NCBI GenBank assembly: GCA_963695095.1
Contig: CAVOFT010000001.1
Coordinates: forward strand, 2,848,001-2,912,000
Source: an uncultured bacterium
GTDB taxonomy: Bacteria; Krumholzibacteriota; Krumholzibacteriia; JACNKJ01
Direction: 5' to 3'
DNA length: 64,000 nucleotides
A program made the translations under genes and the position numbers. The notes under the pieces were generated by a model. It saw nothing but the letters and a program-made list of their open reading frames with translations, made no database searches and was not told the origin of the DNA. Positions 1 to 9,026 of the stretch are shown here, piece after piece. The first letter of the stretch is position 1. Every line of letters begins with the position of its first letter.

Positions 1-41
1 CCGGCCCGCGTCGCCTGAATCCCGAGCGACTGCCGGCCTGG

Positions 42-701
42 ATGCGCCGCGGCCCCGCGGTCGCGCTGCTCGGCCTGCCCGTGCCGGGCCTGGGCTTGCT
101 CATCGCCGGGCGCCCGGGTCGAGCCGCGCTCGCCTTCTTCAATGCGGGGCTCACGGTGCAGGCCCTGCTCATCCTCGCCGGACTGGGGCGGGAGCTGGGG
201 CCCTGGGGCGTGAGCAGCGCCGTGGAGGCCTGGCTGGCCGGCGCGGCCATCGCCCTCGCCCTCGGCGCCCTGCTCTGGATCGCCGGCGCCCTGGACGGCG
301 CGCGCTTGCTGGCCAGCGCCCAGCGGCGACCGCGCCTGGTGCCTGCGGACCGCTACGCGCTCGGCCTCCTGCTGGCCCTGCTGCTCTTCGCCGCCGGCTT
401 CCGACCCGCCGACTTCGCCGGCGATCTCGATGGTCTGGCCGTGTCGCTGGAGACCCGTGGTTTTCGCCACTTGCCCCTGGCATGCGAGCTGTGGGCCCTG
501 CGCCTGGATCAGGGGCGGCCCGAGTACGCCCTGCGCGCCGCCGACCTGGCGGCGGCCACGGACCGGCCGGTCCTGGCCGGCGCCCTGCTGTACTCGGTGC
601 GCGAGCGCTGGCAGGTCTGCGCGACTCGATTCGGGCGGGAATTGGCTGCCACGGGCGGGGTCGCCGGCCGGGAGCTGTTCGGGCCTCTGGACGCGCACTA
701 G
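42..701 (+). CDS. Hypothetical membrane protein
   Basis: 219-aa ORF with about 4 hydrophobic segments in the N-terminal half and GC3-rich codons; no recognisable motif. Confidence 0.6.
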   Translation: MRRGPAVALLGLPVPGLGLLIAGRPGRAALAFFNAGLTVQALLILAGLGRELGPWGVSSAVEAWLAGAAIALALGALLWIAGALDGARLLASAQRRPRLVPADRYALGLLLALLLFAAGFRPADFAGDLDGLAVSLETRGFRHLPLACELWALRLDQGRPEYALRAADLAAATDRPVLAGALLYSVRERWQVCATRFGRELAATGGVAGRELFGPLDAH

Positions 702-785
702 CGCGCCGGCTTGGCAAGGCCGCCCCCGCGGGTGTACCTTTGCGGAGTGGAGTGTCCGCTAACCCACTCGGTCCGGAGGTCGCCC

Positions 786-1718
786 ATGTCCCCGCTGAAC
801 CGCCGCGAATTCCTGCAGGGCCTGGCCGCCGGCTCCGCCCTCGCCCTGAGCCCCCTCTCCCTGCTCGCCGGCGAGGACGCGCCGCGGGCGATGGCCATCG
901 CCCGCTGGCAGGGCGAGACCCTTGGTGATGCGAACATGACCGCGGCGGCCGAGCGCCTCACGGAGCGCGCGCTGGCTGCGATCGGTGGCATGGGCCGTTT
1001 CGTCGGCGAGGGCGATCGCATCTGGATCAAGCCCAACATCGGCTGGAACCGCAGCCCCGCCCAGGCGGCCAACACGCATCCCGACGTGGTGGGCACGCTC
1101 GTGCGCCTCTGCTTCGAGGCCGGCGCCAAGTCGGTGCGCGTGGGCGACCACCCCTGCCAGGAACCGCGCCAGACCTATGCGACCAGCGGTATCGGCGCGG
1201 CCGTCGCCGCCGCCGGCGGGGAAATGGTCACCCTCGATCCCGCGCGCTGTCGACGCGTGGCCCTGGGCGGCGCGCGCCTCAAGGAGTGGGAGGTCTTTCC
1301 CGAGATCCTCGCGGCCGACCTCGTCATCAACGTGCCGGTGCTCAAGCACCACGGTCTGTCGCGGACCACGGCCTGCATGAAGAACTACATGGGCGTGGTG
1401 GGCGGCAACCGCAGCGCCTGGCACCAGGACCTCGCGAGCTGCCTGGTGGACATCACGGCCTTCATGAAGCCGCGGCTCTGCGTCCTGGACGCCACGCGGA
1501 TCCTGCTGCGTCACGGCCCCCAGGGCGGCAAGCTCGAGGACGTGGCGGTGAAGGGTCTGGTCGCGGCCGGCACCGACATCGTGGCGCTGGACGCTCTCGG
1601 CGCTTCGCTCCTGGAGCTCGACCCCGCCGAGCAGAAGACGCTGACGGCGGGCGTGGCGGCCGGCCTGGGCAGCCTGGACTACCCTGCGCTCGCTGGCGCG
1701 GAGATCGCCGTCTCGTGA
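786..1718 (+). CDS. DUF362 domain protein with Tat signal
   Basis: GGAGGT RBS at 775-780, ATG 786; NRREFLQG twin-arginine motif; IKPNIGW...THPDVV, INVPVLKHH, KNYMG and GTDIVALD motifs typical of DUF362. Confidence 0.85.
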   Translation: MSPLNRREFLQGLAAGSALALSPLSLLAGEDAPRAMAIARWQGETLGDANMTAAAERLTERALAAIGGMGRFVGEGDRIWIKPNIGWNRSPAQAANTHPDVVGTLVRLCFEAGAKSVRVGDHPCQEPRQTYATSGIGAAVAAAGGEMVTLDPARCRRVALGGARLKEWEVFPEILAADLVINVPVLKHHGLSRTTACMKNYMGVVGGNRSAWHQDLASCLVDITAFMKPRLCVLDATRILLRHGPQGGKLEDVAVKGLVAAGTDIVALDALGASLLELDPAEQKTLTAGVAAGLGSLDYPALAGAEIAVS

Positions 1719-3376
1719 CCGCGCGGGCGCGGGCGCGGCGGCTGGTCTGGCTGCGCCGCTGCGTGCAGGCGGCGAGCCTGGCGCTCTTCGTCGCGCTGTT
1801 GCTCGCCACGCGGCCGCCGGCAGCGGGAGCGCCGTCGGGCTGGCTGGGCTTCTACTTCCACATCGATCCGCTGGTGCTCGTCGGCAACTGGCTGGGCGGG
1901 CATCGCCTGGCCGGCCTCGCCCTGCTCGCCCTGGCCACGCTCGCGCTCACCCTGCTCCTCGGTCGCGTCTTCTGTGGCTGGCTCTGCCCGCTGGGCGCCC
2001 TGCACAACGCCCTGAGCTGGCTGGGCGGGCGGCGGCCGGCGCGGCGCGCGCAAACGGACGCGTTCTCGCGCTGGCAACGCGCGAAGTACTGGCTGCTCGC
2101 CGCGCTGCTGGTCATGGCGCTCGGCGGCGCGCACTGGGTAGGCGTCGTCGATCCGCAGTCGCTCCTCTACCGCAGCCTGGCGACGGGCCTCCTGCCCGCC
2201 CTGCAGTGGGCCGTCGAGGCGAGCGCCGGCGGCATCTTCGACGCCGATCCACACCTGGGCCCCTGGCACCTGACCGCCCTCAGCGAGCCGATCTATCGCT
2301 TCTGCCGAGACGAGCTCTTCGCCGGGCAGAGCCTGGTCTTCGCCGGCGGGGCGCTGATTCTCTTCATCTTCATCGGCCTGCTGCTGCTGAACCTCCTGCG
2401 CCCGCGCTTCTGGTGTCGCTACCTCTGCCCCCTCGGCGCCCTGCTCGGCGCCTGCGCTGGGCGCACGGCGCTGCGCCTCACGCCCTCCGGCAACTGCGGC
2501 AATTGCCAGCGCTGCCTGCTCCGCTGCCCCGCGGCCGCGCAACCCGAGAAGCCCGGCCAGTGGCTGCCCGAGGAATGCTTCGGCTGCTGGAACTGCGTGG
2601 CCAGCTGCGGAGAGGACGCCCTGGATTTCCGGTGGCAGTGGCCCTGGCGCCGGCCCGCGGCCGCGCGCGTGGATGTGGGCCGGCGCGCGCTGCTCGGCGC
2701 GGGCCTGGCCGGACTCGGCGCGCTCTTCCTCTTCAAGCTGCCGCCCCTCGCACGGGGCAAGACCTACAACCCCGAGCTGATCCGGCCGCCGGGGGCGCTC
2801 GCCGAGCCGGACTTCCTCGCCCGCTGCGTGCAGTGCGGGCTGTGCATGAAGGCCTGCCCGACGGGCGCACTGCAGCCCGCCTTCGATCAGGCCGGGCTCG
2901 CGGGCCTGTGGACGCCGGTGCTCGTGCCGCGCCTGGGCTACTGCGATCACGGCTGCGCGCTCTGCGGGCAGGTCTGTCCGACGGGCGCCATCCAGCCGCT
3001 GGCTCTCGCCGAGAAGCAGGCGCTGCGCATCGGCCTCGCCACGCTCGACACCACCCGCTGCCTGCCCTACGCCTATGGCCGCGAGTGCATCGTCTGCGAA
3101 GAGCACTGCCCGGTGCCGACCAAGGCCATCTACTTCGTGGAGACGGAGGTGGAGCTGCGCGGCGGCGAGCGGCGGCGGCTCAAGCAGCCGCGCGTGGACG
3201 CAGCGCTGTGCACCGGCTGCGGCATCTGCGAGACGAAGTGCCCCTTCGCAGATCGGGCGGCGATCCGCATCACCAGCGCGGGCGAGAGCCGCCATCCCGC
3301 GAATCAGCCGCTGCTGCCCGGGGCGCTTCCGCTCGGCGGCGGCGCGGACCTGGGAGCCGATCCCTACGGCGGTTAG
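1715..3376 (+). CDS. Membrane 4Fe-4S polyferredoxin (NapH/MauN-like membrane part fused to NapG/MauM-like domain)
   Basis: GTGA overlap with upstream stop; GRVFCGWLCPLG and RFWCRYLCPLG motifs, TM helices, multiple CxxCxxCxxxCP motifs, LIRPPGA..E..FL.RC. Confidence 0.85.
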   Translation: MTARARARRLVWLRRCVQAASLALFVALLLATRPPAAGAPSGWLGFYFHIDPLVLVGNWLGGHRLAGLALLALATLALTLLLGRVFCGWLCPLGALHNALSWLGGRRPARRAQTDAFSRWQRAKYWLLAALLVMALGGAHWVGVVDPQSLLYRSLATGLLPALQWAVEASAGGIFDADPHLGPWHLTALSEPIYRFCRDELFAGQSLVFAGGALILFIFIGLLLLNLLRPRFWCRYLCPLGALLGACAGRTALRLTPSGNCGNCQRCLLRCPAAAQPEKPGQWLPEECFGCWNCVASCGEDALDFRWQWPWRRPAAARVDVGRRALLGAGLAGLGALFLFKLPPLARGKTYNPELIRPPGALAEPDFLARCVQCGLCMKACPTGALQPAFDQAGLAGLWTPVLVPRLGYCDHGCALCGQVCPTGAIQPLALAEKQALRIGLATLDTTRCLPYAYGRECIVCEEHCPVPTKAIYFVETEVELRGGERRRLKQPRVDAALCTGCGICETKCPFADRAAIRITSAGESRHPANQPLLPGALPLGGGADLGADPYGG

Positions 3377-4242
3377 GGCGCCTCGCCCGGCAGGGCGCCG
3401 AGGCCGACCCAGAGGCGCAGGGTATCCCCGACGAGCCAGGCCAGGCCGAAGCGGCCGGCGTAATCCTGGAATTGCAGGGAGCGCTCGCCAAGGGCCAGCA
3501 GCGTGGCGTCGTTACGGCAGGTCTCGGCCAGGGCCGCCAGCGCGCTGACCGTGGCCGCGCTGTCCGGATAGGCCGCGATGAAGAAGCGCTCGGGCGGCGA
3601 GCCCTCGCCGTACTCCCCCAGCACCGCCCAGACGCGACCATCCAAGCTCAGCGCATCGCCGCCGGCGAAGGGCAGATAGGCCTCCGTGCCGAAGGCTCCG
3701 CGCAGAAGCCGCTCGCTGCCCGGCCGCAGGCCGCCCTGCAGCAGGCGCGCGAGCAGAGGGTCGGCGCCGGGCGCGGGCCGCTCGCCGCCCGCCGCGTCCG
3801 CGAGTGCGGCCATCGCGACGAGGCGCTCGGCCTCGCCGCCGGGATTATTGACCTGAATGAAGCAATCGCCCGCCACCAGCGTGACCTGAGAAGGCGAGGC
3901 GCTGTGCCGGCGGGCGAGCGTCGCGAGCGGCGCCTCGGCACCGCACTTGAGCAAGTAGATCGCGTAGGCGGCGCGCGCATCCGCGAGACGATAGACTTCG
4001 AGATCCAGTGCCCGGCCCGCGCTATCGGCGTAGCTCGCCACGAGCAGATCGATGAACCCGAACTCGTGGAAGAGCTCAGCGCCGCCGTTGATATGGCCGT
4101 AGAGCTCGCGTCCCGTGTAGAGCCGCGGCTGCCCCGCCAGCGCCCAGCCGGGCGGCGCTGGCGGCGCCGTCAGGGGCGTGGCAGCCGGCGCGGCGCGGAC
4201 CACTGCCGCCATCGCCAGGACCAGGATCAGGCCGCGCATCAT
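3373..4242 (-). CDS. Secreted DUF6599-like protein
   Basis: Signal peptide; LYGHINGGAELF..FGF motif; co-located with DUF362 genes. Confidence 0.65.
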   Translation of the reverse strand: MMRGLILVLAMAAVVRAAPAATPLTAPPAPPGWALAGQPRLYTGRELYGHINGGAELFHEFGFIDLLVASYADSAGRALDLEVYRLADARAAYAIYLLKCGAEAPLATLARRHSASPSQVTLVAGDCFIQVNNPGGEAERLVAMAALADAAGGERPAPGADPLLARLLQGGLRPGSERLLRGAFGTEAYLPFAGGDALSLDGRVWAVLGEYGEGSPPERFFIAAYPDSAATVSALAALAETCRNDATLLALGERSLQFQDYAGRFGLAWLVGDTLRLWVGLGALPGEAP

Positions 4243-5429
4243 GCCTCCAGGTGCTCGATGCGCGCGGGGTCGGCGATGCCCAGCCCCAGCGCCTCGGCGT
4301 AGCGCAGGTAGTCCGTGAAGCGCGGATGCTCGTTCACGGCCACGCCCATCTCCTTGCGCTTGGCCACCATGCGGTCGTGGCAGACGCGGTCCAGCGCGAA
4401 GGGGTCCGTGGCCAGGAAGAGCCGGTGGTAGTCCCAGGTGAAGGCGGCGTTGCCCATGGGGCCGCCGTCGTACTGGCCGACGAGGCCCTCGTTGATGTTG
4501 AGCACCAGCTTGTCGCGGAGCACGGGGAAGGCCAGCACCTCCGTACAGACCTTGAAGAAGAGCGGCTGGTGCAGGCGGCCCGTGTTGCAGATGGCCCCGT
4601 AGCCGAGATTCTTGGTGGCCATCGAGATGCCGTTGCCCGTGTTCTTGAAGGCGGCCAGGTTGATGATCTTCGTCAGTCGCTGCGTGAGCAACTTGCCGAA
4701 GGGCGAGCGCAGATCGTTGAAGACGTGCTGGTGGAGGTAGTTCGGGTCGCTGGGCGCGGCCGCATCGGCCCAGTAGAAGACCTCATCCTCGAAGTTGCCA
4801 GCGCTGACGTGCCGGCCGTCCGGCCGCAGCCAGCCGCTCTGATCCGCACCTTCCGCGAAGGCCGCCTCGTCCATGGTCTGCAGGCCTTCGATACCCACGC
4901 CAGGGAAGCGCTCGGCAGTGAAGCCGGCCTCGGCGAGCATCACGTCGAAGCGGTCCCAGATGACGATGTTCGCACGCGGCAGGCCGTTCTCGGTCAGCCA
5001 GGCGATCACGGCATCGACGAGCTCCGGATGCGTGCTGATGAGTCCCGCGCCGACCGGGTTCACCTTGATGCCCACCACATCGGCCGGCGTGAACAGGCGC
5101 TTGAAGCTGGCGGCGGCGTCCAGTCCCGTGAGCGCGCTGAGGCCGCGGCGGAACATCGCCGCCACGACTGCCGCATCGACGGCGCCCGCGGCGAGCGCGG
5201 CCGCATCGTGCACCTCGACCACCCGGCCCGGCTGCGCGCCGGGCAGCGAGTGGGCGACCCGCGGCGCGGCCAGGGCCTTGTCGATGTTCGTGGCCGGCTC
5301 GGCCGGCGCCTCATCGGCGGCCCAGGCGGCCGGACGGCCGAGCAGGAGCCCGGCGCCGACCGCCCCACCCAGCTTCAAGAAACCACGGCGATCACAGTGA
5401 AAGAGCCCCTCCAGAGAGCGATAGGCCAT
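4239..5429 (-). CDS. DUF362 domain protein with Tat signal (second paralog)
   Basis: DRRGFLK twin-arginine motif; VGIKVNP...STHPELV, KIINL..FK, KNLGYG, ATDPFALD motifs. Confidence 0.8.
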   Translation of the reverse strand: MAYRSLEGLFHCDRRGFLKLGGAVGAGLLLGRPAAWAADEAPAEPATNIDKALAAPRVAHSLPGAQPGRVVEVHDAAALAAGAVDAAVVAAMFRRGLSALTGLDAAASFKRLFTPADVVGIKVNPVGAGLISTHPELVDAVIAWLTENGLPRANIVIWDRFDVMLAEAGFTAERFPGVGIEGLQTMDEAAFAEGADQSGWLRPDGRHVSAGNFEDEVFYWADAAAPSDPNYLHQHVFNDLRSPFGKLLTQRLTKIINLAAFKNTGNGISMATKNLGYGAICNTGRLHQPLFFKVCTEVLAFPVLRDKLVLNINEGLVGQYDGGPMGNAAFTWDYHRLFLATDPFALDRVCHDRMVAKRKEMGVAVNEHPRFTDYLRYAEALGLGIADPARIEHLEA

Positions 5430-5594
5430 GCTGGACCCCCTTTGCCGGCCCTCACTGTAGCTCAGACGATTCGGTCTGAATACAGCATAGCGCAAGCCTC
5501 TCGGGCGGCCACTGACCAGGCAGTTCAGAAGTAAGCGATCGCTTCATCGATGTAATACATTGAAATAGATGCATTTAGCTTATCAATCACCCTC

Positions 5595-5627
5595 TTGACA
5601 TTTCCAGTCCTGTGAATATCTTCACAA
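5595..5627 (+). promoter_or_regulatory. Sigma70 promoter (TTGACA-16-TATCTT) overlapped by a Rex operator cTGTGAAtatcTTCACAA
   Basis: TTGACA 5595-5600; TATCTT 5617-5622; 5610-5627 matches the Rex consensus TTGTGAA-N4-TTCACAA at 13 of 14 specified positions. Confidence 0.75.
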
Positions 5628-5687
5628 GGACAACGATGTCCTGAACTCGGCAATCCCCTTGCTAGCGATGGGCGGGAGGTCGGCAGC

Positions 5688-6572
5688 ATGGACCAGGATC
5701 GGCGCGCGTTTCTCAAGTCCCTCGGCCTGGCTGGCCTCGGCGGCGCCCTGCCGAGCGCGACCCTGGCCAGCCGCTCCGGCGGCGATCACGGCGAGGACAT
5801 CGGCGTCCTGGTGGACAGCACCTTCTGCGTCGGCTGTCGCAAGTGCGAGTGGGCCTGTCGCGACACCAATGCGATGGCCAACCTCCCCATCGAGGACTAC
5901 GCGAATTCGGCGACCCTGTCGGCCTTGCGCCGGCCCGACGCCAGCTTGCACACGGTCGTCAACGCCTATGCGACCCCCGAGGGCGGCGATCCCCGCTTCG
6001 TGAAGTTCCAGTGCATGCACTGCCTGGAGCCGGCCTGCGCTAGCGCCTGCATCGTGGGTGCGCTCGAGAAGGATCCCGGCGGTCCCGTCCGCTACGACGC
6101 CGGCAAGTGCATCGGCTGCCGCTACTGCATGGTGGCCTGCCCCTTCCAGATCCCCACCTACGAGTACGACGAGCCGCTCACGCCTCGCGTCATGAAGTGC
6201 ACTTTCTGCTTCGAGAAGACCGTGGCCGCCGGTGGGCGGCCGGCTTGCGTCAGCATCTGCCCGGAAGGTTGCCTCATCTTCGGCGGCCGCGCCGACCTGA
6301 TCGACTACGCCCGCCGCCGCATCGCCAAGGCACCGAATCGCTATCACGACCACATCTACGGCGAGCACGAGGTCGGCGGCACGAGTTGGCTCTACCTGGC
6401 GGGCGCGCCGCTGACCACCCTGGGCTTCCCGGAGCTCGAGTCCGTGGCGCCCGGCCACTATACCGAGCGCGTGCAGCACGCGGTCTTCAAGAACTTCTTT
6501 CCGCCCCTGGCGCTCTACGGCCTGCTGGGGGGCATCATGTGGCTGAACCGCCGCGGAGCGGATGAGGAATGA
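5688..6572 (+). CDS. HybA/HmcB-like Tat-exported 4Fe-4S electron transfer subunit
   Basis: DRRAFLK Tat motif; four Cys clusters (CVGCRKCEWAC, CMHCLEPAC..AC, CIGCRYCMVACP, KCTFC..PAC..ICP); IYGEHEVGGTSWLYL; C-terminal TM helix. Confidence 0.9.
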   Translation: MDQDRRAFLKSLGLAGLGGALPSATLASRSGGDHGEDIGVLVDSTFCVGCRKCEWACRDTNAMANLPIEDYANSATLSALRRPDASLHTVVNAYATPEGGDPRFVKFQCMHCLEPACASACIVGALEKDPGGPVRYDAGKCIGCRYCMVACPFQIPTYEYDEPLTPRVMKCTFCFEKTVAAGGRPACVSICPEGCLIFGGRADLIDYARRRIAKAPNRYHDHIYGEHEVGGTSWLYLAGAPLTTLGFPELESVAPGHYTERVQHAVFKNFFPPLALYGLLGGIMWLNRRGADEE

Positions 6573-7762
6573 GCAGCCACGAGGCGAAGCCCATCTTTCA
6601 CCCCCTGCGCACGCGGGGCATGCTGCTCACCCTGGCCGTGATTGCCCTCGGCGCCTACTTCGGCGCCCGCCGCTTCCTCTTCGGCATCGGCAGCACCACC
6701 AACCTCGACGACCAGTATCCCTGGGGGCTGTGGATCGGCTTCGACGTCGCTACCGGCGTCGCCCTGGCGGCAGGCGGCTTCACCAGCGCGGCTCTGGTCT
6801 ACATCTTCGGCAAGGAGCGCTTCCACGCCGCGATCCGACCGGCCCTGCTCACGGCGGCGCTCGGCTACACCTTCGTCGTGCTGGGCCTGCTGGCCGATCT
6901 TGGCCGCTACTGGGCGGTCTGGCATCCCATGCTGCCGTCGATGTGGAACGGCAACTCCGTGCTCTTCGAAGTCGGCATCTGCGTGATGATCTACCTCTCG
7001 GTGCTCTACGTGGAGTTTGCGCCCATCGTGCTGGAGCGCCTCGAGCAGGTGCTCAGTCCCCGCGGCCGCGCGCGGCGCGCGGTGGGCAGCCTCAAGCGCG
7101 GCCTGGATCGTGCCCTCTTCCTCTTCATCATCGCCGGTGTCGTGCTGTCCTGCCTGCACCAGTCCTCGCTGGGTAACCTGATGGTCATCGCGCCCAGCAA
7201 GATGAACGCGCTCTGGTGGACGCCCTTGCTCCCCCTGCTCTTCCTGCTCTCGGCCTTCGCCGTCGGCTTGCCGATGGTCATCTTCGAGTCGCTGCTGGCC
7301 TCGCGCGGCTTCCGCCGGCCCTTCGAGATGCACTTGCTCGTGCCCATTGCCCGCATCGCCGCGCCGCTGGTCGCACTTTACCTGGCCTTCAAGGTCGGCG
7401 ACCTCACGCTGCGCGAGGCCTGGGCCCCCGCCCTCCAGCCCACCGGCGCGGCGCTGGCGTTCTGGCTGGAGATGATCGTCGGACTCGTGCTGCCGGTGCT
7501 GGTCTTCGGCCACCCGCGCCTGCGCCGCCGTCCCGGCTGGCTCTTCGCCGGTGCTGCGGCCATGGTGCTGGGCGTCGCCCTGAACCGCATCAACGTCTTC
7601 ATCGTCGCCTACCGGCCGCCCTACGCCGAGCAGACCTACTTGCCCAGCTTCGGCGAATGGGCTGTCTCGGCCGGCCTGGTGGCCGCCTTCGTCCTCGTCT
7701 ACCGCCTCGCCGTCACCTACCTCCCGGTGCTGCCGACCGGCGAAGAGGAGAGTCACGCATGA
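6569..7762 (+). CDS. NrfD/HybB/HmcC-family integral membrane quinone-interacting subunit
   Basis: YPWGLWIGFDV..GVALAAGGF, DLGRYW, SVLFEV..C, LSCLHQSSLG, LNRINVF motifs; about 10 TM helices. Confidence 0.9.
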   Translation: MSSHEAKPIFHPLRTRGMLLTLAVIALGAYFGARRFLFGIGSTTNLDDQYPWGLWIGFDVATGVALAAGGFTSAALVYIFGKERFHAAIRPALLTAALGYTFVVLGLLADLGRYWAVWHPMLPSMWNGNSVLFEVGICVMIYLSVLYVEFAPIVLERLEQVLSPRGRARRAVGSLKRGLDRALFLFIIAGVVLSCLHQSSLGNLMVIAPSKMNALWWTPLLPLLFLLSAFAVGLPMVIFESLLASRGFRRPFEMHLLVPIARIAAPLVALYLAFKVGDLTLREAWAPALQPTGAALAFWLEMIVGLVLPVLVFGHPRLRRRPGWLFAGAAAMVLGVALNRINVFIVAYRPPYAEQTYLPSFGEWAVSAGLVAAFVLVYRLAVTYLPVLPTGEEESHA

Positions 7763-8856
7763 ACACCCTGCGCGCGCTGCTGATCGTTGCCCTCTTGAGC
7801 TTGCCGGCCGCCGCCGGTGCCGCGGAATGCATCAAGTGCCATAGTTGCGAGAAGCCGACGCCGGCGGAGCCCTGCCTCAGCGACTGCCCCCGCGAGGGCC
7901 ACCAGCCGGGCTGGGCGGATTTCGCAGCCATGGACCTGCCGCAAACCTGCGTGCTCGATCAACTCGTCGATCGCTACGAGCCGGTCATTTTCAACCACGC
8001 GCAGCACGCCAAGATGTCGGGCATGGGCGGCTCGAGCTGCCGCCTCTGCCATCATGCCAACCCGCAGGGTTGGGTAGGCAACTGCTACGGCTGTCATCCC
8101 GCGCACCTGGCCGGGCGCCATGTCGGCGTGCCCGATTTGAAGACGGCCTATCACCGCCAGTGCATGTTCTGCCACAAGGAATGGAGCCACGAGACCAACT
8201 GCGAGGTCTGCCACGCCCCCCGGGGCAAGGGCACGCTGGCCGCCATGCCGCCCAAGAAGCCGAGCGACAAGATGCACGCCTTCCAGCACCGCGAACTGCC
8301 CAAGCGCGTGAGCTTCAAGACCAGCTACGAGCCCGCGCCCTACGTCACCTTCGACCACGACCAGCACACGGAGAACTACGGCCTCAGCTGCTTCGAATGC
8401 CACGGCAGCGACCAGTGCTCATCCTGCCATGATACCGATGCCACGAAATTCTCCCCGCGGCTGCATAACTTCAGCAACATCAATACCTGCACGAAGTGCC
8501 ATAATGCAGGGCGCTGCAGCACTTGCCACTCCCAGGAGGCCAATCGGACCTTCGACCACGCATACACCGGCATGCCCCTCAAGTCCTATCACAAGGACCT
8601 CGCCTGCGATCGCTGTCACGAGGATCGTCGCACGCATGGTCACATGCCGCGCGAGTGCCATGGCTGCCATGGCGAGTGGGGCGCCGACGACTTCAACGCG
8701 GCGAGCTTCGACCACGCTATGAAGGTGGGCGTGAATCTGCGGGAGTTCCACGAGGGCCTCGATTGCCAGGACTGCCACCCCGGCAAGGACTACGCCGCCG
8801 CGCCCATCTGCCACGAGTGCCACGACGACGCGATGGCGCCTAGCCGCCTGCGCTAG
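7759..8856 (+). CDS. Multiheme cytochrome c (13 CxxCH motifs, cytochrome c3/HmcA-like)
   Basis: ATGA overlap with upstream stop; Sec signal; 13 CxxCH in 365 aa; c3-type F.H..H and LKTAYHRQCMFCH motifs. Confidence 0.9.
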   Translation: MNTLRALLIVALLSLPAAAGAAECIKCHSCEKPTPAEPCLSDCPREGHQPGWADFAAMDLPQTCVLDQLVDRYEPVIFNHAQHAKMSGMGGSSCRLCHHANPQGWVGNCYGCHPAHLAGRHVGVPDLKTAYHRQCMFCHKEWSHETNCEVCHAPRGKGTLAAMPPKKPSDKMHAFQHRELPKRVSFKTSYEPAPYVTFDHDQHTENYGLSCFECHGSDQCSSCHDTDATKFSPRLHNFSNINTCTKCHNAGRCSTCHSQEANRTFDHAYTGMPLKSYHKDLACDRCHEDRRTHGHMPRECHGCHGEWGADDFNAASFDHAMKVGVNLREFHEGLDCQDCHPGKDYAAAPICHECHDDAMAPSRLR

Positions 8857-9026
8857 GCGTTTCGCGAGACGGCCATCTCCGCCCTCTCCCCTCGGGCGGG
8901 GGCCAATGATCTCATTGACCCCCGCCCGCCGGCAGTTCATGCTGTTGTGGCTATTCAGAATCCACAGCCCCATTCGTGGCTGTGGCATGGTGGTTGGCAG
9001 GCGACTTGAAAGGATGGCTGGCAAGG

